A program made the translations under genes and the position numbers. This document shows positions 26,160 to 43,255 of a stretch of 64,000 nucleotides of DNA, piece after piece. Every line of letters begins with the position of its first letter. Positions within the stretch are counted from its first letter, which is position 1. The stretch comes from the human T2T-CHM13v2.0 reference genome, Homo sapiens: NCBI RefSeq assembly GCF_009914755.1, contig NC_060929.1; one strand, written 5' to 3'. The notes under the pieces were generated by a model. That model worked only from the letters and a program-made list of their open reading frames with translations, was not told where the DNA came from and did no database searches.

Positions 26160-26680
26160 TCCTCTCATTTTCCCATTTTATTGGCTCATTTTATGTACTA
26201 TACAATAGCTAATTGCATACTTTGTTTTGCTATCACTTGTATTTTGCCTTCATTTCATGCCCAGTAACCTTAACATTTTTTATTTGCTCTTTCCTCCTTT
26301 ACTCCTCAACACGCTTTGATCTAACTTCTGTCTCAACATTCTAATAATTATTCTCAATATGAAAACCTCTGATCTTGGTATTGATACCAGGGTCAGAAGA
26401 TGCTTTTTTTATTTGTTTACTTATATGCTCTCTCTGTGGTCACTGATATTATTCTGTCATCCTTTAAAAAATTCCCTTATTCTTCACCTCTGGATTACTT
26501 TATTTAATAGTTTCCATATATATCGGCAGCTATTCTTTCTCAAATTTCAATTGAATGTAATAGAATTGAGATGACGTAAATAGCATTTTTCTTTATGGCT
26601 CTGTGCTTTGTTCTCTTTTATTCCCATTCTATGTGATCTTTTGGGAGACTTCATCAACGTTTATAGCTAAATGTCAAATT
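26160..26680 (+). mobile_element. L2 internal fragment
   Basis: Pyrimidine-rich L2-like motifs, highly diverged. Confidence 0.45.
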
Positions 26681-26687
26681 TAAGCTG

Positions 26688-27037
<350 letters not shown>

Positions 27038-27099
27038 TAAAAATCAGCAAATTATATCACCTACAGGCCTCTCTAATGGGCTTTAAATATGGTATACAT

Positions 27100-28245
<1,146 letters not shown>

Positions 28246-28269
28246 ATTTTTAGATTTTTTATTTTCCTA

Positions 28270-28560
28270 AAGATATTAATTTCCCAAAGATGTCTGTGCC
28301 CTAATCCTGGGAATCTGTGAATATATTCCCTTATATGACAAAGGGAATTAAACTCACATATGGTATTAAGATTTCTAATTAGCTGACTTTAAAATAGGAA
28401 GATTATCCTAGATTATCAGGATGGATCCAATGTAACCACATGAATTTTAGAGGTAGAAGAGGGAATGAGGAGAATGGGTCAAAATGTACTCCACACTCTT
28501 TGGCTGAGTTTGAAGATGGAAGGAAGGGACAATGTCCAAGAAATATGGTGATCTTTGTAA
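28270..28560 (+). mobile_element. MLT1D-type LTR, partial
   Basis: cccaaagatgtctgtgccctaatcctgggaatctgtgaatat...gattatcctagattatc. Confidence 0.8.
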
Positions 28561-28967
28561 CATAGACATGGAAACATAGAAAGACACCATAGAAGAAGGG
28601 CTAACATTCAAAGAAAGACACATCTTTCTGGACAGAAGAACTAGAGAAATGGTTACAGAAAGTGTGGGATAAATTCCTAAGAGAAAGCCATCCCCTAATT
28701 TTGCATATCAATTGGCATAAATTCTAGGCTTATTACCAAGTTGTGCACATATATAACAGGCATTTAAAAAAGCATAATAAAGCCAGTAGGAACTGTAATA
28801 CCCTACATGCCATTGACCAAGTCCTAGACTAACATTTGACTGCTTTATGCTGGTGAATCAAAGCAATGTAGAAAAAGTATTGAAAAAGGAACTAATAAAT
28901 AATACTGGAATCATCACCCATAGAAGGCCAGATGAGACTTTCAGTCTCACCCTAAACTGGTTGATTA

Positions 28968-29354
28968 CTTATTATTCTGCTTGGGCTGCCATAATGACTT
29001 ACCACATACTAGGTGACTTAAAGTAAGAGAACATAATTTTCTCAGAGCTCTGGAGTCAAGTCAAGATCAAGGTATCAGGAGTATTGATTTTTGTTGAGGC
29101 CTCTCTTCCTGGCTTGCAGATGGCCACCCTCTCACTGTGTCCTCATGTGTCCCTTCCTCCATGCCAATGTGGAGACAGAGAGTGAGCTGTGCTTTCTCTC
29201 CCTCTTGTTATAAGGACACCAGTCCTATCAGATTGAAACCCTGCCCTTATGACCAATTTAATCACCTCCTGAAAGGCTCTATCTCGAAACATAGTCCTGT
29301 TTGGGATTAGAGCCTCAACATATAAATTTTAGAGAATACAATTCAGTTCATATT
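28968..29354 (-). mobile_element. MLT1A0-type LTR
   Basis: gggctgccataat...cctggcttgcagatggcc...tataaggacaccagtcctat. Confidence 0.85.
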
Positions 29355-29732
29355 ATTTACTAAAACAAAGCAAAACCAGAATATAATTTTCTGTAGGATT
29401 ATAAAAGGACTGAATATAAAGGAACAATATTCGAACTTTCCAGAATAGAATTCAAAATTTCTGACATAAAAAGAATTTGTAATTCTGAACAACACTCAAG
29501 AAAAAGGGCAATCAAAAGATACTAATATCTAGATTATTTAATTTTTCTGTAACCTGAAGACATTCCTTTAACATTTATGCTGGAGCAGTTACACTGGATC
29601 ATTTGATATGATCCAGATGTTGCAATTACCAGAAAAACCTTTAATTCAGTTGTTATAAATATCCTCAGTAACATAACACTGAACACTATTAAAATGAATA
29701 GAGAGTGAAAAGTTCCCAGCAGAAAAAATTAC

Positions 29733-29873
29733 AAATACACATGACATAAAATATATTAGTCATTTAAAAGTATACAGTTCAGTGGCATTTAGTACTTTTA
29801 TGGTGTTGTGCAAATATCACCAGTGTCTAATACCAGTATGTTTTCATCACCCCCAAAACAAACTTTGTACTCA
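29733..29873 (-). mobile_element. L1MB 3' fragment (inverted copy of 30558-30700)
   Basis: Reverse complement aligns to the neighbouring L1MB. Confidence 0.85.
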
Positions 29874-30029
29874 AAGAAAAGAAACTACTGAAGTTTTTAA
29901 ACTGAAAATTACTACACCTGAAATAAAAAGTTCAGGTGAAGGAGGGGCGCGGTGTCTGAGTAGAGATGACTTCGGAAAGATTCAGTGAACCAGTGAAATT
30001 CTCAATAGATCAGTAGAAAATATACAATA

Positions 30030-30135
30030 TCATTCTGGGTTTAATGGTGTCTCCTGAAAATGCATGTCCTTCCCAGAACCTTGGAATGTGAACTTGTTTG
30101 GAAATAGGGTCTTTGCAGTAGACAACTAAATAATG
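30030..30135 (+). mobile_element. MLT1 5' fragment
   Basis: gaatgtgaacttgtttggaaatagggtctttgcag. Confidence 0.7.
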
Positions 30136-30299
30136 ATTTAACTCTTGAAATTTATTTCTCTCAGTGTTTTTTAGATCATCCTTTAATTTTCCTATTAAAA
30201 TTTCTGTTTGTAAATAATCCATGCTCTGTGTCCAGTTCACCATTTGTCACTCCCCTCTTAAAATATATAGAAGAAACAAAAGGAAATTTAAATTAAAAA

Positions 30300-30733
30300 A
30301 AAGTATGGCATATCCATACAATGGAATGTTATTCAGCCAAAAGTGGGATGAAGTTCTGATACATGCTACAGTGTAGATAAATCTGAAAAACATTATGCTA
30401 AGTGAAAGAAGGCAGACACCAAAGGCTACGTATTATAAGATTCCATTTTTTAAAAATATCCAGAATAGGCAAATCCCTAGAGACAGAAAGCAGATTTGTA
30501 GTTACTAGGGACTGTGAGAGTGTAGGTGGAAAGATGGAATGAGGAGTGACTGTTGAATGGGTACAGGTTTCCTTTTGGGGTGATGAAAATGTACTGGTAT
30601 TAAACACTGGTGATATTTGCACAATAACGTAAAAGTACTAAATGCCACTGAACTGTATTCTTTTAAATGATTAAAATCATATATTTTATGTCATGTATTT
30701 TACCACAATAAAAATATTAAAGTTAAAAAAAAA
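30300..30733 (+). mobile_element. L1MB 3' end
   Basis: atccatacaatggaatg...atgctaagtgaaagaag...ttttaccacaataaaa. Confidence 0.9.
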
Positions 30734-31169
30734 GGGAAAAAATAGCTGACAGATTTTTTTTTTTAAGAATTAAATGTAGGATGAACAAAAGATTTCTCAA
30801 AACTAACAAAAAGACAGTACACGCCAAACTTTTCAACAGACCAGGAATAACTAATCATCAACTATAGTTGACTAGAGTTGCCAAGTGAGGGAGAAACAAA
30901 AATAAGAAACTTAAGGGACATTTGTATCACAAGTCCCCCAGTAGTGCTTCTAAACTCTGTATTTTAGGAAGAAGAAAAATTATTTCAGAAGGCAGTTCTT
31001 AGATAGAAATATAGAACAAAGAAAATGGTAAACATGTAGGTAGATTAAAAAAATTTAAGACATGTTATGTATATATATGTGTCAATTAGAAGAAAATAAA
31101 AAATATTTCAGGTGATTCTCGTGCATGATACAAAACATGATGACAGTACAATAATGACTGATATGTGGC

Positions 31170-31583
31170 TATATTAGTCTACTTTGTATTGCTATAAATA
31201 CCTGAGGCTGGGTGGCTTATAAAGAAAAGAGATGTATTTGGCTTGTGGTTCTGCTGGCTATAAAAAAAAAAAGCATGGTACCAACATCTGCTTCTTGTGA
31301 GGACCTCAGGAGGCTTTCAGTCATAGCAGAATGGGAAAGGGAGCTGGTATGTCACATGGTGAGAGAGGGAGAAGGAAGGAGGGAGGTCTTAGCTGTTTTT
31401 CACAACCAAATCTCACATGACCTAACAGAGCAGGATCTCACCCACTACTGTAGGGAGGGCATCGAGTCATTCATAAGGGATAAGTGCCCATAACTCAAAC
31501 ATCTCCCACTCAATCCAACCTCCAACAGTGGGGATGACATTTCAATATGAGATTTGGAGGAGACAAACATCTGAACTATATCA
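31170..31583 (-). mobile_element. MSTB-type LTR
   Basis: tatattagtc...gcatggtaccaacatctgcttc...gacaaacatctgaactatatca. Confidence 0.85.
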
Positions 31584-33912
31584 TTGGGAGTCTCTCTTCT
31601 GTTCTGTTCTGTTCCGTGTTACAATATCAAGGAATTTCCCTACTCCAATGGAGAAAACCTGCCCATATGCCAACTGAGCTTTGAATTAAATATCCTAAAT
31701 ATTGTAGCATTATAATTATAGTCCATTAGCATAAACCATTAATAAAGCATATTGCAATCCAAAACAAAATCTCAAGAATTGTTTCATGAATGATTAAAAG
31801 CATCAAGTAACACATATAAAATATTTTCCTTTTAAGTATGTTTGTCTTTTATTTTGAATATTACAATAAGATTGTATTGATAGCAATTTCTAACATTTCA
31901 CTACATAGGTATAGAATATTGCATAGGATGTTAAGTAATACATACTGTAATACATTCAAACATACAGTTTTCTTGTGTGAAAAATATTTTCTGTATTCTA
32001 ATTAAAAGTTGGTTGTACTGAGGATACATAATTATATGTGATCACCCATGTTTACATAATGTGACAGAAAATGAACTGTATTTATGATTTTGAAGCTCAC
32101 AATAAAGAAGGAATCTCAAGCAACAAGATCAGGCATCTATACATAATTTGTTTTAAGATTTTCAACAATACTTCCATTATTATACTATGGTAATTCCCAT
32201 AGGTGAACCAGGTGGGATAATAAATTAACTTTATTTACATGACAAGTTTGTAAGTGAAGGCAATCTAATTAGATCAACTTTAATTATCTCTAAAGGGAAG
32301 GAGTTGTCATTGATTGGTTTGTGAAAGGACAGTTAGATAATTCATTAAAGTTGTTTTCTCATTTGCCAACTTTAACTAGAAAAGGCTTAAAACACAACTT
32401 CTGTTAGAATTCTACTTCTATGAAGATGTCAAAAAGAAATATTGTTTTTCTTGCTGTGTTTTCTGAGTTAGATATGGTTTCCTTGCAATGTATTTTCTCT
32501 TACTTTATTTATTGCAATGCCCTTATTTTGACCTCAATGCAGAATTTGGATGAGAATGCACCACATATAAATTTCAATTCTTGAAAGTGAATTTGGTGTT
32601 CAATATGCTGACCAGTCCAAAAGCCCATCAGTAGGCAAAAGGCAGGGTGATCAATTCTCACCATGGTTGGCTGCTTTTAACTGACAATATAAATACCTAT
32701 AGTCCAATATGTGAGCCCATTTATTATTTTATCTTACAAATGTTTTAAATTGTGATAGATTCCACATCCTCACTGGTTTGTTGTTGCTGTTATTCGGTGT
32801 TGGTGAAATAGCTACAATCTGTGAGATAGTCTATTAAAAGTTTGCCTTTTTTGTTTTGTTTAGTTTTGCATTGCTTTGCTTTGTTTTGGTAACCCCAATC
32901 TGGTTTCTTTGTCAGTCGCAGAACTAACATCCTATCTATGTCTGCTTTGGCTAATTGTTCAACATGTGCTTCTTTCTCTTTGTTTTTTTCATGATTTGAA
33001 TATAGTGGACAATAGTAAAAGAAAAACTATTATGAGAAGTATGATTTTGAAGTTCAAGGGAAAAAGAGTAAGTAAAAAGCATCATGAAAAAATCATCAAT
33101 ATTTGTTCAACGATTACATTACAGATTCGGATACTTCATTTGTTCAGAATAGCATTTGTAATATTGTTTATTTTCAATACATATTAATTTGAAAAGTAAA
33201 TTTATGCATCAGCTAGAAAACTGGACAAATGATATTTATCAATTTTTGAAATTCAGAGATTATTTTATTCCATGATGATGATAACACTTCAATGTCAAAG
33301 TAAATGTTAATTTGGTGTGAGAAAAATATCATCATAATGAATGTTCTAATATAATTATTGAATTCAAATATTTTATACTAAGATCTTGAAACTCTAAAGA
33401 CTTGTTTTAAAGGATTTAACCATAATGTTCGAAAGGGTGACTTAACAGAATAACTATAAAATTATGCATCTAGATAAAGTGAGTTAAAACATGTGACTTA
33501 TATTTGGAATTTATATTAAAATATTAAAATGTTAATATATTTATAACAATTTTTAGAGCTGATTTTTAGACCATTAAGCTTAAGCAAATTCATTTGGGGA
33601 AATATCATACTATCAGTCATGCATACTGGTCCTTTATGGCTTAATCAATTTTATTTTCCTACTCCAATATGTTTTATTTGTTTCTTTCAGTTCATCTTGA
33701 TAAAAGAAAGCTACTATACTGACAATAAAATAAAGTCTCATTGTCTCTCCATAAGATGTCAAAAATCTGTTATATATTTTATGTTAAAAAGAAATTGTCT
33801 TTATTTAATAATATCAGTGAATATAAGGCAGAGTTGAACAACAGGTCAGATGGTTTAATGTGCCATTTTAAGAAACTAAAAGTTCTATTAGAATATTATC
33901 GGAAATAATATG

Positions 33913-34633
<721 letters not shown>

Positions 34634-34826
34634 TTATTAGTTTTATGTAATCACAGGTGATTTCTATAGTGTCTGACACTAGATTTCATGTGTTAGCCTA
34701 ATTGTTATCATCCTTATCTGGATTGTCAATACTGCATATTTCCTTTCAGATTATCAGAGAGCTCAACCCATCAGGGCCAACTGTATATGGAGTCTTTCCA
34801 AGCTCTATGCATGCTATATGATATTA

Positions 34827-35290
34827 TGTGATGGGTTAAACTGTGTCCCCAAAAAAGATATGTTAACTTCCTAATGCCTAGATCTTCAGAAAGTAACTTA
34901 TTTGGAAATAATGGCTTTGCAGATATAGTTAGTTAAGACAAGGTCACACTGCAGCAGGAGGAGCCCTTAATCCAATATGACTGATGTCTTTATAAGAAGA
35001 GAGACTTACAGGGAGAAGGCAGGTATGTGAAGACACATGCAGTGGAGGCAGACACTGGAGTGATGCTGCTGTAAGCCAAGAAACAGCAAGGATAACAATC
35101 ACCTCAGAAAACAGAAGCACCAAGGATGAATTCTCCCTTATAGGTAACAAAGAAGGAGCGTGGCCCTGACTACACCTTGATTTTGAACTTCTAGCCTTAA
35201 GAATTGTAAGGTAATACATTTCTGTTGTTTTAAACCTCCCAGTTGGTGGTACCCTGTTAGGGCAGTAGCTCAGTGGTATTTTTGTATACA
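34827..35290 (+). mobile_element. MLT1C-type solo LTR
   Basis: tgtgatgggttaaactgtgtcccc...atttctgttgttttaaacc...taca. Confidence 0.88.
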
Positions 35291-36224
35291 CTGGATCCAG
35301 ATATAGCTAAATATAAATATAAATATAGCCCATTTCTCACTGGACTTTGCAAACTCACAGAGCTAATCCAAGGTTACTAGTCCCCTTAACAGTAAAGTTA
35401 AATTTATCTTCGTAGGAAATCTACAAGAATGAGGAGAAAAGTGGGAAACCGTCCCCACCAAAAACTTTTATTTACAGACTGGATGATAGAAACATATAAC
35501 TATGGGTGGTTCTAACTTACATTTGTGTTCTGTTATAGTGTGTGTTTTTATTTTATTTTTTACTTTAAATATCTCTGATACTGTCTACATGGAGTGATTA
35601 GCAATACTTTATTTTGTACTATCCATTTTCTTATACACATTTTATATGTTTAATAAATATGAATAAATTCTCAGAAAACAAAATTCAACATAAAAGGGAT
35701 ATTTAGCCATACTCCTGCAATCTAAAACCTTTGTGTATAAGTCATTGTTAGATGGAAATATGAGATGAAAAGTATTCACCGAAATCTCTTTGCAAATATA
35801 TTATGCAATGTAAACATAATACTATTTCATATGTCAGCAACCTACCAACATGAGAGGACACAAAGGAATTTCAGCAAAATATTTTATGTATTTACTTTTT
35901 GTCTTGTACTAAAAAAAGACTTTAAAAGATATTCAAGAATTTTATATGTATTGATTATAGTGAGAAGAAGCATCTTGGTTTTGATTCTTACAATAAAATA
36001 ATTCAGACTACATCAATTTTTGAAAGTATTTTTTTTAAAAATATACCTCAGTTAAGTAAACTCGTTGGACATTGAGTGTGTTCACAACAATTTCTAACCT
36101 TTAAAAATGTTGAAGAAAAAAAGTTAAACCAAGATACCTGGTTCCTACTTCACTACAACCACAGTGGAAAAGACTATATAACACCACACCTGTCTACATT
36201 CATAGCCAGAAATCATTTGATTTG

Positions 36225-36400
36225 ATTTGTGGTTGTGTCCTTTACCAATTCTGTCCACTTTATAAACTTATATAACTTCTAAGAGCCTCATTTTTCTCTC
36301 TTTAAAATGAATATATTAATAATGTAGGTTTTTATAAAAATTATATGAGAAAATATACATAAAGAATTTAGCACAGTCCCTGATGTTAAAATGTTCTCTC
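36225..36400 (+). mobile_element. MIR
   Basis: gagcctcatttttctctctttaaaatg...ttagcacagtccctg. Confidence 0.7.
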
Positions 36401-36422
36401 CATCCAATAAAAATGTACTATT

Positions 36423-36838
36423 TTTTGTAAATTTAAGTTCCCTATAGATGTTGGATATTAGATCTTTGTCAGAGGCATAGTTTGCAAAAACTTTCTCCAG
36501 TTCTGTAGGTTGTCTGTTTGCTCTGTTGATAATTCTTTTGGAGGCCATTGTCCTTACCACACCAACGCGGGAATAGAAAACCAAATACTACATATTCTCA
36601 CTTATAAGTGGGAGCTAAATGATGAGAACACGTGGGCACATAGAGGGGAACAATACACACTAGGGACTATTGGAGGTGGAAGTAGAGAGACAATCAGAAA
36701 AAACAACTAATGGGTACTAGACTTAATACCTGGGTGAGGAAATAATCTATACAACAACCCCACATGACACAAGTTTACCTATGTAACAAAACTGCATATA
36801 TACCCCTGAACTTAAAATACAAGTTGTTTTTTTTTTAA
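36423..36838 (+). mobile_element. Old L1PA (about PA13-16), 5'-inverted and truncated
   Basis: Antisense ORF2 piece 36423-36540 joined to sense ORF2 end and 3'UTR; TSD aa.tgtactat. Confidence 0.88.
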
Positions 36839-36926
36839 GTGTACTATCATCCTAAAATAATGAAATAGAAAAAAAAAATCACTTCACAAAGGCTTCTGGA
36901 ACAATAGAGAAAAGTGAAAATGTTAG

Positions 36927-37263
<337 letters not shown>

Positions 37264-37340
37264 CTGGTTCAATTTTCTCATGAAAACAACCATGAAGGCA
37301 GGAAAGAAAAAATACTATTAGCTGACCACAGTTTATTATT

Positions 37341-37633
37341 ATTATTATTATTATTAGAATCAGGGTCTCTCTGTCAAGCAGGCTGAGGTACAGTGGCACA
37401 AGCATAGCTCACTCTAGCCTTGATCTCCTGGGTTCAAGTGATGCTCTTTCTCAACCTCCTGAGTAGCTAAGACTACAGGCATGTGCCACTATGTGCAGGG
37501 ATTTTTTTTTTTTTTAGAGAAAGATGGAGTCTTATGTTGCCCAGGCTGGTCGTAAACTCCTGGCCTCAAGTGCTCCTCTTGCCTTGACCTCCCAAAGTGC
37601 TGAGATCACAGATGTGAACCACTGTGCTCAGCC
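37341..37633 (-). mobile_element. AluJ with (AAT)n tail
   Basis: TSD ca(c/t)agtttattatt. Confidence 0.92.
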
Positions 37634-38129
37634 CATAGTTTATTATTTAACAAAAATCATCCTAAAAGAAAATGTCAGATGATATAAATCTCTTCCCTAA
37701 TATTGTCACTGTAATAGATGACTGATTAATTCAGAACAAGGTACAGGGACGATGCTTCAGAAGAGCAGCACAAGGTTGGTGGAAAGACATTCTAGATTGC
37801 CAGATATTAGCCCCAGGCATTCACTGACTTCAAGGAGGGACGTCAGCACCGCAACGGGTTGACTTTCCCCATCACAATCCATTTCTAAGCATCAAACTCA
37901 AATAATTACTTTTTTTGAAAGTTACAAGTATTTTGATATAAATGACAATATCTCTAATCCCTAGGAAATCAATTTTGAGATAAATACCTAAGAAAATAGA
38001 TGTGTATATATTATGAAGCTAAGATTAAACAATTATAATAAAATAGTATTATTTAAAATTCTAATTATGAATGAGAGATGATCTACATGGACTTGTTAAT
38101 TTTCCATAATAATATTCTAGAAAAATCAT

Positions 38130-39590
38130 ATAAAATAACTGAAAATTGATAATCCCAAAGAATAAAGATAACTAGAGGAAAATTACCCATAAATGCAGAA
38201 ATTCAAGGCATTTATGGAGAAAATGAATGTGAAATAAAACACAGAGAGAATTCGTGGAGCAAGTTTGTGGTAGAGTGAAAGCAAATGAGGCAAATGTAGC
38301 ACATGAAGCCATAATCATGAGTTCTCAGGACTGTAGGTAGCAGGGAAGGTCTACTAAACAAGTCTAAACATTGAATTGACATACCTGTAGATACTGGAAA
38401 ATAAAGTAGCTCTGTATGCTGTTACTCAAAGTTCTATAAACTATAAATCTTTCAAAGAAAATACATATACAATATACAAAATGGCTTTTTCTCTTCTCAA
38501 GGGGATGGAAAAGAAATGTGTTGAAGCTATAAAACAAGAATAAAATAGGTTTAATTATATTGTGGTATAATTCAAATGAACACTGGAAGTGCTAGCTGGC
38601 AGAATCAATAGAGAAATAGTCATGATAATGGAACACATCTACTGAATCAAAAACAATATACAAAATGGGCAACATGTAGAATTCAAAAGAAATTAATAGG
38701 ATGGTGAATAGTTTGAGAGGAAACATGGCAGGCGTGGTGTACAGAGCATAGTGGTTTAGTATCCAAGTCATTTAGTCATGGAGTTAGAAGACACAACCAA
38801 TAGGAGAGAAATATATATGAATTACTAAAATTGCTCCATAAAAATTTAAGCAAAATAACAAGAAATCATAGGACTTGTACTTATTCCACATAAAAGCAAC
38901 AAAGATAAACTATTACCTAAGTATATCCTTTTAGGTTTACAAAGAAAAAGGAAAGAATCATCCAAACTTTGAAAGAGTTCATTGGATTCAAAATCTATTT
39001 GTATCAGATTTATTAACTATATCAACCTAAGACAGAACAGTATATATCCTTAAAAAAACAAAAGGTGTGATCAGAAAATATTTTCTAGGCCAAATTGATA
39101 TTTACTGTATGTGGGTTATAAAAGAAGCTCATCCTTAGGCAAACAAGAAAACAAAAAAATTCTAACATACTTTCTGCTGATAGCAATGAAAGGAATGATA
39201 GAGAGTGGAGAAAAATAAAGATTAATGAATATAACAAATAAATATAGAAATGGTGCATATATACAAATAAATGCATTAAAAGTGTTCTTAATTGAAAATA
39301 TTACAATATAAATTCCTTACAAAAGTTATTCATCTTAAGCATAATTAATAATATACATGAAATGGTGCTATAAAAGTGCTTAAATCATATCAAGAATAAA
39401 TTCAAACGTTCAGGAAGGGAATTTACATTTTATGGTTCACTGCAAATATGTGGAATATTGATGAATTGATGGACAGAGGAGAAAGTACAATGAGGAAAAC
39501 CAATGATACGTAAATAATAAACAGCATGTCAAGGTTTGGAATAAATGCAAGAGAGATGTCAAAAAGTAAAGTACTTTACCAACTATAAAA
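38130..39590 (+). mobile_element. HAL1/L1M ORF1-like fossil
   Basis: A-rich, degenerate ORF1-like motifs (ttctaggccaaattgatattt...). Confidence 0.4.
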
Positions 39591-39601
39591 AGAAGTATAC
39601 A

Positions 39602-40286
<685 letters not shown>

Positions 40287-41119
40287 TTTTGATAAATAAC
40301 TTGATTAGATTACATATAATATTGATTAACTACTGCAGGCTAATCAAAGAAGTATTATATATAAAACAATTAACTTTGAAAGCATACTAAATATATGTAT
40401 GTTATGAGACTGGTAGTGAGTAAATAAAATAGAGATCACTTTTATAGTAGTATCTAAAAAATTATGCCTTAAACTCCTATCTGCTTGATTACATAGCAAT
40501 CTTTTCTTCCTGAAAATTGTTCTCCACAAACATTTCTCACAATTTTCATTGATGTTTAAATGTGTAATCTAATGCCCCTTAAATATCCCCCATGCTCTGA
40601 ATTTTGCTTGGTTTTAGATAGTCACTCAAGACTATGGGATAGAGTTACAGGATGCACGACTTTCAGCTCTATAGAACAATTATTTTGCTTTCTGCTAGTT
40701 GAATTAGCTCATTTCTCCATTGAACTATCTTAAATTTCTCTATTTAATGTCAAAGTCTATGTTGTTGCTTACTTGCTCCAAATTATTGAAATCTTTTTGA
40801 CTCCCAGTACTCGGTTGTCTCAGAAGACAAATGACTAACACATTTTCAGCTCAATTGCTTCAGAAATTGGCCACTCAAATAGCACTTTGGGTTCATAATG
40901 ACAAAACTACAGAGGACAATTTGGTAATTTAAATGGAAAACCCAAATATATTGTAAAATCTTTTGACCACCATTAAATTTCTAGAATTCATCTTAAATTA
41001 ACAATCCTGGATAGAGCACTTATTTATTTTGCTGAATATTCAGAATAACATTTTTTACAAATATTTAAAATTTTAAGCTACAAAATTTTCCAGCAATAAA
41101 TACAGTTAAAATATAGTAC

Positions 41120-41600
41120 ATGAGTACACATCATCCAAAATGGTGAAACTTTAGAGATATAAAATAAGTTTATTTACAAAGTGTTTATCATCAACACTAC
41201 TCAACAGTGCTCTGGAGAGCTTAGCAAATACATGTGAATGTCCATTAAAATAAATGATTTCTAGTAAACACACTTATTTTCTTAAAAAAAGAAAATATAT
41301 ATATATATGTTTTGGGATTATAAGAGTATCTGCCTCAGAAAAGGAAAGTCTAAAAAATATTAAACTCCATGGTGCAGTTAAAATATTAAAACCACATGCA
41401 ATTTGTGCAGTAACTACACTAGTAATTGGAAAATAAATAGAACAGAACGGCAAGCCCAGAAACTGAAATATGCAGACATAAATACTTGCTATATAATTAT
41501 GTTAGCATCCCAAATCAATGCATTAAAAATGGCAAGTTTAGTAAAAGGTAATACTTTCAACTGCAGGTATGTTTGTAGGAAAAATGGAATTTGCATGCAT
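41120..41600 (+). mobile_element. Old L1M ORF2 fragments
   Basis: aatggtgaaactttag..., gaacagaacggcaagcccagaaac. Confidence 0.5.
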
Positions 41601-42554
41601 TACTAACAATGTTGTAATAAATTGATCAGTTCGCTATGGAGGATAAAAATTGATTGGAATTAAAGGAATAATAAATTCAAAACTGCAGGAAATAAGACTT
41701 GTCTATGAATCCTAAAAGGGCTCACTTCATTCCAGAAAAAGTTAAGAAAGGCTCATCTATAAAATTCTCACAAGGTGTCTGACAATTAAGGTAACTTTAC
41801 CCGAGAAATTTTAGACTACTTGCCGTATTCAATCCTTCTGAAAGGTTGCTTTCACAAGTTTATTACACTTTGTATCACATGTTCCATTTACCTGTGTTAA
41901 GAATTATCGGAAGAAAAACAAAAGAACCCCAACCCAGTCAATAGGGTAATGGAATGCTGATGTTTTGTTCAGTAGAGTTGCTTTGTAGTAGATGATGACA
42001 AGCTGAACCAATCAGGTCTACTCTGGCATTTATAACGAAAATGTCTGCCAAGGAAGTCAGAATAATGAAAACAATGAGAAAGAACAGCTGAATTCCCAAC
42101 ATGAAGAAGACCTAAAGTAAGGTGCAAAGAAGGACTGAGAGGGCAAAATCAAAAATCATAGTTGGGTCACTTCAGATAGGCTATATTCTAAAAGACGTTC
42201 CATCCAGGTGGCCTGGGTTCACAACTATTAAGAATATAAAAATTAAACTCTTCACAGTTTTGAACACTAAATTTAAAATGAGAAAAATGGGAGAAATTTT
42301 AAGCAAATACTAGTGGACAAATATGAGAAATTGCTCTTTCATAGAATCAGTAATCTCCTTCAGCAAATATTAATGAACAAATAATAGGAAGACATCATTC
42401 ATAGAACCACAACTAATAATGTGGAAAATAGGAAATAACAAACTAAACAGATAAAAAAAATCAATGCCACTACTATTCAAATAACTATCCTTTTTAAAAA
42501 ATCTTAACATTTATGTGATTATCAAAAGTTATATTTTAAAATACTATTTCTATT

Positions 42555-43255
42555 AATCAGTAATTATGTATACAAGAGATAGAAATGCAGCTCAACCTAG
42601 GTAAAGAACAATAGAAATTTAATGACTTTACTAAAAAACAAAGTAGGGATAGAAATTTCTTCTTTTTTGTTTGAAGCAGGGTCTCACTCTGTCGCCCAGG
42701 CTGGAGTGCAGAGGCAAGATCTCGGCTCATTGCAACCTCCGCCTCAGCCTCCTGAGTAGCTGGGATTACAGGCATGTGCCACCAATCCTGGCTAATATTT
42801 TTGTATTTTTTGTAGAGATGGGTTTCACCATATTGGTCAGGCTGGTCTCGAAACATCTGACCTCAAGTGATCCTCCCATCTTGGCCTTCCAAAATGTCAG
42901 GGTTATAGGTGTGAGCTATGGCGCCCAGCCAGAAATTTCTGTAGACATACTTGGAACCAGGATCTTGAATTAAACACTCAGAGCCACACTTCGCTCCAAG
43001 GTATTAGATATCCATTCTTTACATGGTAAGCAGGATAGCTACCAAGATCATGTGCACTTTTCATAAAACTCAGTAAAATGGTGTTTCCACTGATAACTCT
43101 GGCAGTAATAGCATTTGAAGGTGTCTTATTGATCGACTGCTCACACCTACATTAATCTCTATGGCTCAAAGGTAGAGAATATTCTGATTATAATATCCTG
43201 ATTATGTCAGCCACATTTCAAACCATGTTGAATATCTTTCCCAAGAGGAAAAAGT
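42555..43255 (-). mobile_element. Old MLT1 (K/J-like) LTR split by an Alu
   Basis: caagagatagaaatgcagctcaacc..., aatctctatggctcaaagg...ttcccaagaggaaaa. Confidence 0.5.
42661..42930 (-). mobile_element. AluS with an internal deletion of about 26 bp
   Basis: TSD agaaatttct; gcaacctccgcctc|agcctcc junction. Confidence 0.92.

Larger units (their letters stand above)
28570..30030 (+). mobile_element. Old L1M 5'UTR/ORF1 region, interrupted
   Basis: atccagatgttgcaattaccag..., aactgaaaattactacacctgaaataaaaag..., gattcagtgaac ORF1 motifs. Confidence 0.6.

Noticed and set aside
32876-33187. 103-aa hydrophobic ORF
   Set aside because: TTG start and composition expected from AT-rich DNA; no recognisable family
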